Source: Camelus ferus (taxonomy: Eukaryota). Taken from it: 64,000 nucleotides of DNA. The translations under genes were made by a program, and so were the position numbers. A model generated the notes under the pieces. That model saw nothing but the letters and a program-made list of their open reading frames with translations, did not search any database and was not told the DNA's origin. Position 1 is the first letter of the stretch. The number at the start of each line of letters is the position of its first letter. The stretch spans positions 35,280,001-35,344,000 of the forward strand of contig NC_045697.1 in assembly GCF_009834535.1 (NCBI RefSeq), read 5' to 3'. Shown in pieces: positions 37,087 through 49,003 of this stretch.

Positions 37087-38984
37087 GTATGTATTACAGT
37101 ATTCATTTATCTAAATCAGGCAATTAATTGCTGTAAGTAAATATGGTAAAACTTGGGCAAAGGTAATACTGAAAAGAGGCCCAGGACTTACATAATACAC
37201 TAAACTCATATATCAGTGGGTTCTCCACTGACATAGCAGAATTCTTCTTGGAATGTGCTTTGTATTGGTTTACATCTTCCAAGTTTTTATTCCTTGACCG
37301 ATGATCCCAAATCCATTGCATTTGTATCAAATCTCTGACTGAGGACTCTGAGTAAATGATTTCAGCTAGTGTGCTGGGCCTGAAATCATGATTCTGTTCT
37401 GCTTAGTTAAGTAAAGGACTTTGCAAACCTGAGATTGTACCAAAAAAAAAACAAAACAAAACAAAACAAAAAAAACAACAACAACAAAAAACCCACATAA
37501 ATGATGAAAAACTAAGTATGTTTTTTTTTTTGCAAAAACTTATTTTTATGCAAGTATATAAAGTTTAAAAAAAAGAAAGATGTGGCCCTATGTTTATGCG
37601 TCCTCTTTGTCTTATATCCCAATCCTATCATCTCCAACAAGCAGCGCTTTTAATGTGTGGATTTATTTCTTTTTGAATGTGTTTTTGAATAATGTATGTT
37701 GTTGCTTTGTGCAATATATTTTTCATTTGCTTGATATTGTATTGTCCTGTTTCCTGCCGTTTTCACTGAGCACCACGTTTTTAAGATCAATCCATGCTGC
37801 TGTAAGTATGTGCAACTCTGTCATTTCTACCTGCTGCAAATTTCTCCATGGTACACCTGCACCTTTTACTGGTTCACTCTCCCAGCGATGCGCGACCAAG
37901 ACTCCAACTCTCAGCAGCCATCTCCATGCTGCAGTGACCCGCCATGTAGGTCCCCCTCATGGTGCTGGGTGGGAATGGTCCCCAGGATATATGCTCAGCA
38001 GTTAATTTCTGAGTCAGAGGACACATACGCACTTAATTTGGCTAAGTAATACCAAAATGCTCTCAGGAAGAAATGTTGTTTTCATACATATATATTTTGT
38101 GCTGGTCATATCAGAGTTTGCTATTTGTTATGTTAGCTTCATAAAATACATTGGGTAGTTCTTTCTTTATATTCTGGAGCAATTTATATTGCACCGAGTT
38201 AATCGTTCTTTGGAAGTGTGAAAATATGGGCAGTATGATATGACTGCTTGGTGTTAAAGCCCATTTATACAGGCAATTCTCTGAAAATGTTTTCAATTTC
38301 TTCCTTGGCTATTGGTTCTAATACAGTTTAATGGCCCTCAATCTGATGTTGGCACTTGGGCAGGAACAACAAGGTCCCTGTGACACCAAGATGTGTATTT
38401 CTGTTATTTATAACTTGCTGTAACACTTGAGGACACTGCTCTGTGTACGGGGGGGCGGTGCTCAATGACACTATGGATGGCTTGCAGTTACTACCTTCTC
38501 ACTGCAGAGTAGGATTTCACTCTCTGTATGTCACAGAAGTCTGCCCTCGTCAATGGATAAGCCTTTTCTTTTCATGATCTCAAAGTTTTGCTTTTAGGTT
38601 GACAGTGATGTCATGTACTTTTGGGCATTACTTTGTGTATGTATATGTTTGTATGTAAATATGTGTGTGTGTATGTGTGTATATATGTGTGTGTGTATAT
38701 ATATATATATAATTAGAGAAAAATTGTCCCTCCCAAGGAAGCTAAGACTTTTAAATCATGTGAATCATTTTGACTACCCAGAGAACATTTTTTTCTTCCT
38801 TAACAATAGTCATTCCAAAATTGCGCTTGCATCACAAAACTGTCCTTTCCTGAATCCTGTTTCAGAAATGACTGCCTTGATGTGTGTGCGTCCTTTTCCT
38901 CTCTAATCACGGCAGTTAAGAATAGTACGTTTCCAAAAAAGGAAGTTATCGGTAAAAATGATTACAGTGTTTTTCATTTCTCAG

Positions 38985-39161
38985 GTTCACTTGGCAAATT
39001 ACGTTATACAGATATTCTCCATTTTAAATAAGCCCACTGCACCTATGTCAAAAACTGATAAAGTTATGCAAAAGGAGGCTCATGTGTTTCCTAGAGTTTT
39101 CTCTTGGATCTTTCAAGAAGTGATTTCCTCCTCCTCACCCAGGAAATATACCACTAATTTT
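38985..39161 (+). pseudogene. Pseudo-exon (VHLANYVIQIFSILNKPTAPMSKTDKVMQKEAHVFPRVFSWIFQEVISSSSPRKYTTNF), phase 0/0, open
   Basis: ttttcatttctcag| ... TTT|gtcagt; 59 open codons (inside ORF 38958..39173). Confidence 0.62.
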
Positions 39162-39849
39162 GTCAGTCATTGAGAGAATACGATATACACGCCTGACGTT
39201 AATATTTTAACTTATTTTGCTGGAATACAACTATAATGTAAAAGAAAAGATATGACAAACGTACTAGGATCCAAGGTCACTCAGAGGTCACATTTTCTTC
39301 CCTTCTCTGACATTTTCCAAAAGTAACCTAAAATCCTCTATGTTTAAGGAAATTTTCAGAAGAAAATTCTTATATGAAGCAACTTTGTGGACTTCATATC
39401 ATTAATTCTGGAAGGAAAAGCAAAGTCCACTTTCTAATCTTAATTTTTTGTACTTGAGTATCTTGCTCTGACCTCTGGTCTCAGTGAGAGTTTGTACTTT
39501 AGTCCATTAATTGATTTTACAAGCATGAATTGACATTTTCTTTACGCCAGGGATACAGCGGTGAACAATTACGGCCATGAAAAACAGACCCCACCCTCCT
39601 CAAGCTTACATTCTAATGGCAGAAATAGATGGCGAAGTATCGGATGATTATAATTCTCTGGGGTTGCTGTGTGGCGTATGGAATGTGATGGAGGAGGGGG
39701 AGGAAAGACTGGTGGCAGTGATAGCAGATCCAGACGGCCAAGACGGAGAAGTCGTGGACTGGGTGAGAGTGGTAGCAGCGGAGGTGGAGAGAAATGGACA
39801 GCTTTGGGATAAGATGTGAAATAGAACTACGTACAGATTGTACTGTATG

Positions 39850-40320
39850 GCACAGTTGACCTTGAAGTAGGGAGATTATCCAGATGGGCCTGACCTAATC
39901 ACATGAACTCTTTAAAAGCAAAGAGTTTTCTCTGACTGGGGCCAGAAGAGGAAGTCAGGGAGCAGAAGCACAGGAAGGATCCCATGAGCTGCTGTGGCTT
40001 GGAGGTGGTGGAGTGAGCAGGGACGTGGCAGCCTCCAAGAACTGAGAGTGACCCCTGGTGGACAGCGATGGAATAGGGGCCCTAGTCCTTCAATGGGAAG
40101 GACCTGAACTTTACCAATGACAGGGATAACTTTGGAGACAAGTTTTCTTCAATATTAGGCCAGCAGACATCTTGATTATAGTCTTGTGGTACCCAGAGCA
40201 GGAAGCCCAGCCATGCCACGGTAGACATCTCACCTACAGAACTGTGAGCTAATAAATGTTTGTTGTTTTAAGCCACTGAGTTTGTGGTATTTCCTATGCA
40301 GTGATAGAAAATTAATACAG
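39850..40320 (+). mobile_element. MLT1-type LTR
   Basis: gggagattatccagatgggcc...agaactgtgagctaataaatg...gaaaattaataca. Confidence 0.75.
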
Positions 40321-40442
40321 ACACGATTGGATTAAGCACATTCTGAAGCCAGAACAGAAAAGCAACAGACTTGGTTCTGCTACTAGTTGGTCTGGGTGAG
40401 AGCACAGCAAGAAAGGGAATTATCCCCTCCGGTTCTTCCCAG

Positions 40443-40680
40443 GAAAATGGAGATGGAGGAAGAACTGAATCATTATTACAGTATGAGCTCCAGGACTTTT
40501 ATAAGAATCTTCATAGGGATTCTTCCAAATTGAATATATACGTTTTTGAATGAAACATTTCTTGTATACCCCAAAGATAAGTATTTCCCCAAAGTACCTT
40601 CCCTGTTGTTGAAACAAATAATAGAGCATGAAGATACCCACTGGCTTGCCTGGCAAGTGCCAACAGACCGTGGTACCCGG
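40443..40680 (+). pseudogene. Pseudo-exon with RGS core (ENGDGGRTESLLQYELQDFYKNLHRDSSKLN-FLNETFLVYPKDKYFPKVPSLLLKQIIEHEDT..); frameshifted
   Basis: ttcttcccag| ... CCGG|gtaagc; two overlapping ORFs (40371.., 40546..) offset by a frameshift. Confidence 0.75.
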
Positions 40681-40789
40681 GTAAGCAGAGATTCAGTGTG
40701 CTCTCTTAGCCTGGAACTCCTTTTCCTTGCACCTTGTAGGGCTGGGTCAAGACTGTTATAGGGGCAATGGGGGTGGGCAACAGGGAGTG

Positions 40790-41315
40790 GAGTTAATCAG
40801 GATCCAGCCAGGAAAACAGAGGCCACCCTCCTCTATTGTTGGCTATTACAACAGAGGGAATATAATGTACACAGGAGGTGTCAGAGGGCAGAAGGGGCAA
40901 AAGGAACACGTGTGAACAGACAACAACTACAGGAGGTACTAACCGCCCCTTAGAAATTTGGGAACAAAAGGGAGAGGTGGGGTTTATCGAAATCTAGAAG
41001 TTCAGAGGTGGGGCCTTGGAGCTGGCACAGCTCTCTAAGGAAGAAGCCTTGTCCAGATGGTGCTGGTACCACTGAGTGGGTAAAAGGAGGCTGCTTCTGG
41101 GCATGTCAAGAAAGCTGCAGTCTGGAACAGCTACTGCTGAGAGGCTAAACGGCGGCTGCGACCTTGCGGTCTCTCTAGCACCCCCTACTGGAGGAACCCA
41201 ACAAGGAGCAAGCAGACAAAATAAAAGTGTTTGCGGAGTCCAGCCACAACATCACAGAGCAGTTTATGAAACGGTGGGTTTGGAGCTGAGAAACAAGACC
41301 TTGATAACCAGCACA
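40790..41315 (+). mobile_element. ERVL LTR (LTR41-like)
   Basis: Start resembles recalled LTR41 (aatcaggatccagccaggaaaacagaggccac...acagagggaat); ends ataaccagcaca. Confidence 0.55.
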
Positions 41316-41563
41316 GGTGGTTTCCAGTGCAGGTCAGGGAAGTATGACCTCATTTGCAGGACTCAAGACAGTGGCTGGGGTGGGGAGGTGGGAGAAGGTT
41401 GGCTTATTATCAACCCCACCTTTGCCTTAAGAAAAGACCCAAGGTCTGAGGTACCGGGAAGGAACAGCTTTCTGGCAATAGAAACCCTGAGATGGAGAGA
41501 GAGGGCTGAGAGGGGTGAGTGGCAACGTCATGCTTCTGCAACAAGAGTCCTTGTCTCCTGCAG

Positions 41564-41645
41564 GGACTTCGAAGAATGTCAGGAAGTGTATGCAACTATA
41601 GGATGAACATGGCCCATCTTCTTGGAATGTCAACTTTTCAGGAAG
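41564..41645 (+). pseudogene. Pseudo-exon with RGS C-terminal motif (DFEECQEVYATIG*TWPIFLECQLFRK), phase 2/0
   Basis: gtctcctgcag| ... AAG|gttttt; one TGA at 41604-41606. Confidence 0.75.
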
Positions 41646-42555
41646 GTTTTTAGGCAAAATATTTTCATGTTTAAAAATGTATTATGGAATGGGGTGCAAA
41701 ATTTACTTTTAACACTAATATATAAGATGTCGAAGCAAATATGTGCTTGCAGTAGACCACGTCAACTACCAGCCATCCTTCCACAGCCCTTGAAAAAGTC
41801 TGGGAAGCACTCATAGTCATTAAGATCTGTCACTTGAATTTTTTAATGCTTAAAGTGGTGTCTGTTTTATCTAGAAAGAATTTTTTTTATTTGTATTTGA
41901 AACATTTAAATTGCAAAAAATAAAACTTAGCTTTATTAAGGTTTTGTGTTAAGTTTAGAAATCTTGTTAGACTTTTTATAAACCTAATAAAACAGGAACA
42001 GTCAACTTTAATTGTTCTCAGATTAATGGTAGATGAACTCAATTTGAACAGATTAAAACCCCCACACATCGGTTACACTTATAAACTTAATTAAACTCCC
42101 TTAAGTATTTTAAATTGTATTTATACATTTAATATAGTTAATTTTCTTAAGTGCTTCAAATGCCCAAGGCAAATTTACGACCCAAATTTGCAAGCAAAAC
42201 CTTTCTAAGTACTTAGATAACACTTGTACATTAAATAAATTAAATTTATAAATATAGTTACCTTTTTATTCTCTTAAATATTTCAATACTGATTAAGTAT
42301 TTCCTCAAGGTTTCATTTCCTTTTCAACTTAAAATTTCAAGTCAGAAACCAACTACACCTTTCAAACTGAAGTCACAGGATACTCCATCAGATTTTCTAG
42401 TCTGCCTTGTTCTTCAGCCATTTACATAATCCTTCAAATAATACCTGAAGAGTGTCCTGTTGATTACAAAACAGATTCCACAAATGAATATAAGGCTGTT
42501 AGTTCTGTGACTTTGATTTGCTTCTTCATCTTTATTCATTTCTAATCTTTTCCAG

Positions 42556-42640
42556 GGTTGAAAAGGCATTTTTTCTAACTACAGGAAACAATTGTACCAT
42601 GTTGGGTGGGTCCATATTATAGGATTAACCATTCTTGTCT
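42556..42640 (+). pseudogene. Pseudo-exon (LKRHFF*LQETIVPCWVGPYYRINHSC), phase 1/2; a further exon-like block lies at ~42400-42497
   Basis: atcttttccag| ... GTCT|gtaaga. Confidence 0.5.
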
Positions 42641-42824
42641 GTAAGATGGTTCGGATCTTGATCAGCATAGATACCTGTGGGCTCCGTGCATCACAAATGA
42701 GCATGTTGGATCATTTTTGTATTGTTTGTGAAGATGGAGTTTTGTAACCCCCTCGTGGGTTACATTTAATACATTTATTTTCTGGCTGTTTCTACTGTAT
42801 ATTTTTTTCCACATTAAAAAGTTT

Positions 42825-42920
42825 TTATTATTATTATCTTTAATGGAGGTACTGGGGATTGAAACAAGGACCTTGTGTATGCTAAGGATACGCTCTACCA
42901 CTGAGCTCTACCCACCCCCT
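42825..42920 (-). mobile_element. tRNA-derived SINE
   Basis: ggaggtactggggattgaa...ctaccactgagct. Confidence 0.85.
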
Positions 42921-44633
42921 CTATATTCTTTTATTTTAATTGAAATAGAATTCACATTTAACTTTGGGTAAGTTTGAGGTATACAAAGTGTTGATTGGAT
43001 ACGTTTGTATATTGCAATGGGATACCGCTGGTAGCTTTGGCTAACATCTCTACCATGTCACATAATTACTATTTCTTTTTCTGTGATGGGAACAAATAAG
43101 ATCTATATTCTTTCATTTTCTCCTCTTGTCTGATGTATTAGTGCCTTCCCTTGTCTGGGTCTGGTCACCACTGAAAGAAACATTTTAATTTCTCATCTTT
43201 TGGCTCTTCCAAGCTGAGCATTAGACAGTGCCGGTGGCAAGATGGCAGGTGTGCGTAGCGGTGGGAGAAGGTCCCGCATCTCTCCCTCTGGATGCAACCT
43301 CAGGTGCAAAAAATAACCACTTACTCAGGGCAAATAAACTTTTATAGGCGGAGCGAGGAGGAGGAGCCGGCATCCCTCTCCCACTCTCATCTTCCTTCCT
43401 GTCCGGCCACTGAGGGGATGCAAATTTGTGCTGACCAGTCAAGGGGCAGAAGACAATAAGGGGTTTAGGCTCTAAAAATGTCTCTTGACATATCCCAGGA
43501 AGGGCTAGGAACTTAGGGTATGGCTTCAAACAGGTTTGGATTTGAATCTTGCCTCCACAGTTTAAGAAAAGCATGGCCATGGCAAAGTTCTCTGAACTCT
43601 CCAATCCTGTTTTCTCAACTTTGAAGTACTCAGCTCATGGGATTATTGTTATAATTATTTGAAATTACGTACATAAAACAGACAGCATTGTGCCTGCCAC
43701 CTAGTTCACTATAATTGGCAATTTACTGATTCATTTTTATGGTCCAGATCTATCTTGCTCAGTGTGCTATCCCTGGCATCTAGCAAAGAAAGGGCTTGGC
43801 ACCAGGACTTGTTAAATGGATGACTTTCTATCCATTTATGACAACATTCTGGGCCACTGTTTCTCAGCTGCAGAGACTGCCAGTGCCGAATGCTACTTGT
43901 ACCCGAGTGACGTGCTTGGGCCACGTGTGGAGCACTGGTGTCACGTGAACGCTCCAGTGATTGTTTTGCATCATGTGTGTTTATACTGTTGGTTATCAGG
44001 GTAAAGCCACAGTCACGTGGACGTGGGGTAAGGTCACGCCTGAAGGGGGAGAGAGTTCCTAGCGTCTTCAACTAGGAAAGAGGCCTTTATGGCAGCACTG
44101 GGTGGGAGAAGTGAATGTGGGTCACAGAATGAGGGTCTTTCTTTCTCTTGAACTTGGCCACCGAGCTGTCAAGATGACTGGGGAGGGAGTGTGAGGAGAA
44201 GGTCTTTACATGAGACCCTTCATCTGTGGCCACTTTCTGAGTCTCAGCGCTATCTTACTCTAACTGCCATCCCAGCCAGCTCTGCTCTGCCTCCCGAGGG
44301 CTGGGATCCCTTTTTTCTCTTGGCCTGTCACCTGTTACCAGGGATCCTCAATTTCATCACTACTGACATTTAGAACTGACATTCTTTGCCACAGGGGGCT
44401 GTCCCGAGCACTGGAGGAGGGTCAGCAGCATCATACTGTTGGTACCGTACCTGGGAGGAATGAAATGCTCTGCTCACGAGAGGCCAATAGCATCTCCCCA
44501 GCTGTGATGATAAAAAGATCTGCAGACATTGCTGAATGTGTTCTAGAGAAGCCTGTGTGAGAACCACTGAACCAGACTGTCTCTTATGCTTTTGTATTTA
44601 CTTCCCTCATGTGCCCTTTGTCATTTTGTTAAG

Positions 44634-44668
44634 TCTTCTGGAAAATTCTACCCTAACTGTGCTAAGGG
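44634..44668 (+). pseudogene. 35-nt pseudo-exon (LLENSTLTVLR), phase 2/1
   Basis: ttttgttaag| ... AGGG|gtaagg; phase fits both neighbours. Confidence 0.55.
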
Positions 44669-44934
44669 GTAAGGAAATCTTTTTTGGATATGCATAAACC
44701 AGGTCCTTAAAGGAGGAGCAGGCAGACCCCAGCAGCCACCGGGTTGAGGGTGGCTGTAGGAATTGAAGCAAAAGGATCCTAAGGACAAACGAAACGCAGC
44801 TGTTTCCCACCTGAGTGTCTTGTCAAAACAGTCGACACCTTAAGAGACATGATGGCTTTGCTTCTGTTGTTCTTCCCATGAGTTTTTGGATTTTTTTTTT
44901 CCACTCTGAGACAGGTAGACTTTTAAGAGGTTCT

Positions 44935-45225
44935 GAATAGAAACAGACTCATAGACATAGAAAACAAACTTATAGTTACCAGAGGGGAAAGAGGGTGGGG
45001 GGAAAGGGATAAATTGGAAGTTTGAGATTTGCAGATACTATATGTAAAAAGATAAACAAAAGTTTCTATTGTGTAGCATAGGGAACTGTATTCAATATCT
45101 TCCTGTAATGAAAAAGAATATGAAAACGAATATACGTACATATGTATATGACTGAAACACTATGCTGTATACCAGAAATTGACACAACATTGTAAACCGA
45201 CTATAGTTCAATTAAAAAAAAATGG
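44935..45225 (+). mobile_element. Short L1 3' end with A tail and target-site duplication (aaga-gttctgaata-a)
   Basis: gaaacagactcatagacatagaaaacaaactt...aattaaaaaaaaa; near-duplicated flanks. Confidence 0.8.
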
Positions 45226-45382
45226 AAAGAAGTTCTGAATAAATGTCATGGCCCTTTATGGGGACCTAATTAGGGCTGAGTTTTATAGATTTTAACAGGA
45301 AAGGGAAATTATAAAAGGTTAAAGTTTAACATGGCAGAAAGCCCAAGAAATAAATTTGCAAAGCACTTTATGGCCTTTCCAG

Positions 45383-45541
45383 CTATATCAGAAATGAAGA
45401 GAGAATGACAGTGCTGTTCCCTGGTGGCCAAACAGCTGGAAATGTTTTCCTCTGTTTTCATGGGCACCATGGTTGACTCACAGGGGACTCTCCCTCTTGG
45501 CATCTTTTGCATGGAGTGCTAGTTGCAACTTGCTGGCCCAT
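45383..45541 (+). pseudogene. Pseudo-exon (ISEMKRE*QCCSLVAKQLEMFSSVFMGTMVDSQGTLPLGIFCMEC*LQLAGP), phase 1/1
   Basis: ggcctttccag| ... CCAT|gtaaga; two stops. Confidence 0.6.
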
Positions 45542-45606
45542 GTAAGATTGACTGGAGCTTTCAATTCCCTACACTTTCCTCTTGTCTTTTGAAACATTCC
45601 ATCCAG

Positions 45607-45703
45607 TCCTCAGAATAGGACCCCGTGGCACAGCACAACGGGGTAGCCTGCAAAGCAGGTGCAAAGTTTTGGAAAACTTTCCAAATTACATATCTCTGGA
45701 TGA
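45607..45703 (+). pseudogene. Pseudo-exon (LRIGPRGTAQRGSLQSRCKVLENFPNYISLD(E)), phase 1/2, open
   Basis: ccatccag| ... ATGA|gtaaca. Confidence 0.58.
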
Positions 45704-47404
45704 GTAACAAGTCAGCAAATGTATGTCCTAGGGCTAATTTGTGTTTTTTAAACTTGAGATATTGTGGAATAGGTAGGGGTAGTGCTAGGGGACAGTTTGT
45801 ATATTAAATTGAGTTCAAGAGACATTATCAAACGATGCAAGAGATTGGGCTGGACATTGGATTAGACACTGGATAGGGGAGGTTGGTCAGGCAAGATCAC
45901 TTTTGGAAACATATTCGGGTTGTAAGGGGGTAAAGTCAGGCATAAATACAACTATGATGCACTTTAATACCCTATAGATGCAAAAGGCTATGGGAGGGAA
46001 GAGAGAAGAGAGAAGAGAGACTATTTCTGGTCCAGAAGAATGTGGGATGGCCTCATGGAGGAGAAAGCTGTGTAGGAGTCTAATGGATGGAGATGCCTGG
46101 CTGTGAAAGGGCACTGCAGCAGCGAGGAATGGAGCAGTGTGAGCAGAGGAACAGAGGTGAGAAGGAGCAGGACATGTTCTAGGGTTTAAGTGTGGTGGGG
46201 GCTTAAGTTATGTTAAAGGCAATAGTGGAAGATAAAGCTGGAAAGACACATAATAGGCATTCAATAAATAAATATCCATTAAATGAATAAATTAAAGATA
46301 ACTTGTCTTATTACATAAGCTTTGAATGCCAAGTGAATGAGTTCAGACTTTCTGCTATAGGTCATGTGGGGCAGCGGGCATTGAAATTTTTTGATCAAGA
46401 AAGCAACAACAGATTTGCATTTTAGGAAGATAGACATTTGCAAAGGAAGGTAGCATGGATTGCAGCAGAATTTCCATATATAGTAAGTGTATCAGTAAGT
46501 GTACACAGCATGATTTTAGGTGGGGTGTGCGGGGCTGACACTCAGGTAGGAAGAACTGACAGAGTATCACTCTTCGTTCGTTGTCCCTCTGCCAGTCTGG
46601 ACTGTTAAATGTTTTGTATATAACCCCTAGGTACATGGATACATTTTAAAATGTGAATAGTTATAATCAACTGTGAATTCAGAAATTGCTGCATAATACA
46701 AAATTTTCTCTTAAAATATGTGTATTGAAGAAGAAAAAGTGAGTTAATTTAAAGAGAAAATTAAACAATAGAATAGGTGGATAAACAAAATCCTGAAGAT
46801 GGCATGCAAATGACTGAAATTTGGGAAATACTGGATGAGAGGCACAAGAGATTAGAGGCAGAGGACTGGCTAATAACTGTTGGATCCACTGTCTGTGCAG
46901 ATGGCTAGATCAGGACCAGTCTTTGACCTGTGGTTTAATAAGTTTGTAGTACTGAACCCACCCAGCATTTACATTTTTAGCCGTTTACCTTTACTGTGCA
47001 TGAAAAGCTCTATTCCAGTTAAAGGGATTTTAAGCATCGGGGAGCAAAGTGGAAAACACTCGTGGGGTCAGAGGAATCCCAAAATATTAGGCTAGGCTTT
47101 TAACAATGGGAAGGCAAATTTTAAAAATTGTTTTAGAGTGAATATGTGGGGAAGGGAGGTAGCCAAAGGAAAAAAAAAAGGCTCATTTAAAATAAAACAA
47201 AACAAAACTTACAGTTAGCTTCTGACAGAAAGAAGGCTCCTCCCCCGTCCTCCTTTTCTTCCCTCCCCCCGCATTCATAGTTTCTCTCCCTATTTCTTTC
47301 TTTCTTTCTTATGGCTGCTTTGGGTTCTTCAGGTCTAAGCATATCTTAACTTTGCCGTCCTTCACCTCTTTCCCCTTTCCTGCCCGAGTCTCCATTTCTT
47401 CCAG

Positions 47405-47551
47405 GCTAATTTTAAAAAACAAGAAGGCATGACCTCTTTTTTAGCACACAGCTTCCCATCTGCATCTGCTGACTGATCATAAGGACACTTACCTTATTCA
47501 GGGAATGATGTCTGAGGACTTCCCTTCTGGACAATGTTGTATGAAGGGCAG
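47405..47551 (+). pseudogene. Pseudo-exon (LILKNKKA*PLF*HTASHLHLLTDHKDTYLIQGMMSEDF..; FWTMLYE in a shifted frame), phase 2/2
   Basis: atttcttccag| ... CAG|gcaagc (GC donor); resembles an RGS N-terminal helix. Confidence 0.55.
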
Positions 47552-47569
47552 GCAAGCACTTTTTTTTTG

Positions 47570-47619
47570 AAATTTTCTTTTTTCTTTCCCTCTTTCTCTC
47601 TCTTTCTTTTTCTCTCTCT

Positions 47620-47667
<48 letters not shown>

Positions 47668-47722
47668 TTGTTTGTTTCTTTGTTTCTTTCTTCTTCTTTG
47701 TGTGTGTGTGTGTTTGTGTGTG
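47570..47722. repeat. Compound (CT)n/(CTTT)n/(TG)n tract
   Basis: Directly visible. Confidence 0.9.
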
Positions 47723-48806
47723 CATGGCACCATATGAAATGCTCTGTGGGATATGAAGATAAGAAAACCAAAGACCTGCTTCAGGTAGTTTATATTCTAA
47801 GAAGGGATCTAAAACATTCTTGATAATATTGCTTCATTGTCATCCATTGGACTACATGCCTTCAAAGGCTGGAACCATGTTCTGTTAACCTTCCCCAAAC
47901 CCACAATACTTTGCACAAAGCAAACCTTATTTCTGTTAGGATATCTTAAAAGAGACGTCGGTCAAATGTTGAGAAAGGTCCGATGAGGGATGGGTTATTT
48001 CTGGCTGGAGACATCTAAGAAAGCTTCATGGATAAGATGGTTTCTGTGGTAGGCAGTAAAGGGTGAATACGATTCAGTTATGGAGAGTTGGAAAGAGGAT
48101 TCTAGGAAAAGAGGAAATTTATGGAGGTGAAGCTGTGAGGCATGGAAAGGGAAACATGAGTCAAGTTAATGAGAAGTTAACTTTGAAATAGAGAAGAAGG
48201 AAGTTGAGAAGGTCACATCAGATGTCTCAGACTACCAAGTAAGGAAAGAAGCAAGGGTATCTTCAAAATAGGAAAGGAATGGGGATGGAATTTGGGTCAA
48301 AGGAGTGTGGAAATAAATGGTTTGGCTGTAGGATGTGGGTTAGAAACTCAAATAGACATTAATACATGAGACCTTGAGGTGTTTGTGGGTCATGCAAATG
48401 GAGACATCTACAAATATTGGACCATTTAGGTTATAATTCCACCATTACCTTAAATATATTGGTGCACATATTTTACATTTTAATAATTTACATTCTATTA
48501 AAAATTAACATACAGCATACATTCATTTATTCATCATCTAACAACAAATGTTATTAAACACTGTCCTAGATTCTGGGGACACAGCAGTGAACAAGATGGA
48601 CAAGATTCCTGTCTTTTTGAACATTTACATTCTAGTGGGGAGGGAGAAACAAAACCAAAACAAGTCACAGAAAGGTGTATAATAATAGCAGGGGCATGCA
48701 TAGTTAAGCATCATTAATTCAAAGCTGTTTACTTAAAATAATAGACAAACATTAGCAAAGGCTGATTTCTGGTTGACTAACTACCCTTTCTTAATACAAA
48801 TATTAG

Positions 48807-49003
48807 GAACATCCAAACATAGTTCATTCATACCTATTTTCTCAAGAATTTCATGTGTCTCATTCACAGGGTTTAATTGTACCCAAGCAAAAAGTTACTC
48901 AGCACAATATAAAAGGCAATTTGAAAATGTCTGGGACATTTCAACACAGAATATGTCTATAATTATTCTCCAGAGAGTCTGCTAAGAGAGTCATAGCCTC
49001 TTG
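48807..49003 (+). pseudogene. Degraded pseudo-exon (NIQT*FIHTYFLKNFMCLIHRV*LYPSKKLLSTI*KAI*..), phase 2/1
   Basis: aatattag| ... CTTG|gtaaca; several stops, true frame uncertain. Confidence 0.45.

Noticed and set aside
47412..47771. Arg/Glu/Lys-rich ORFs
   Set aside because: Translation of a CT/TG microsatellite.
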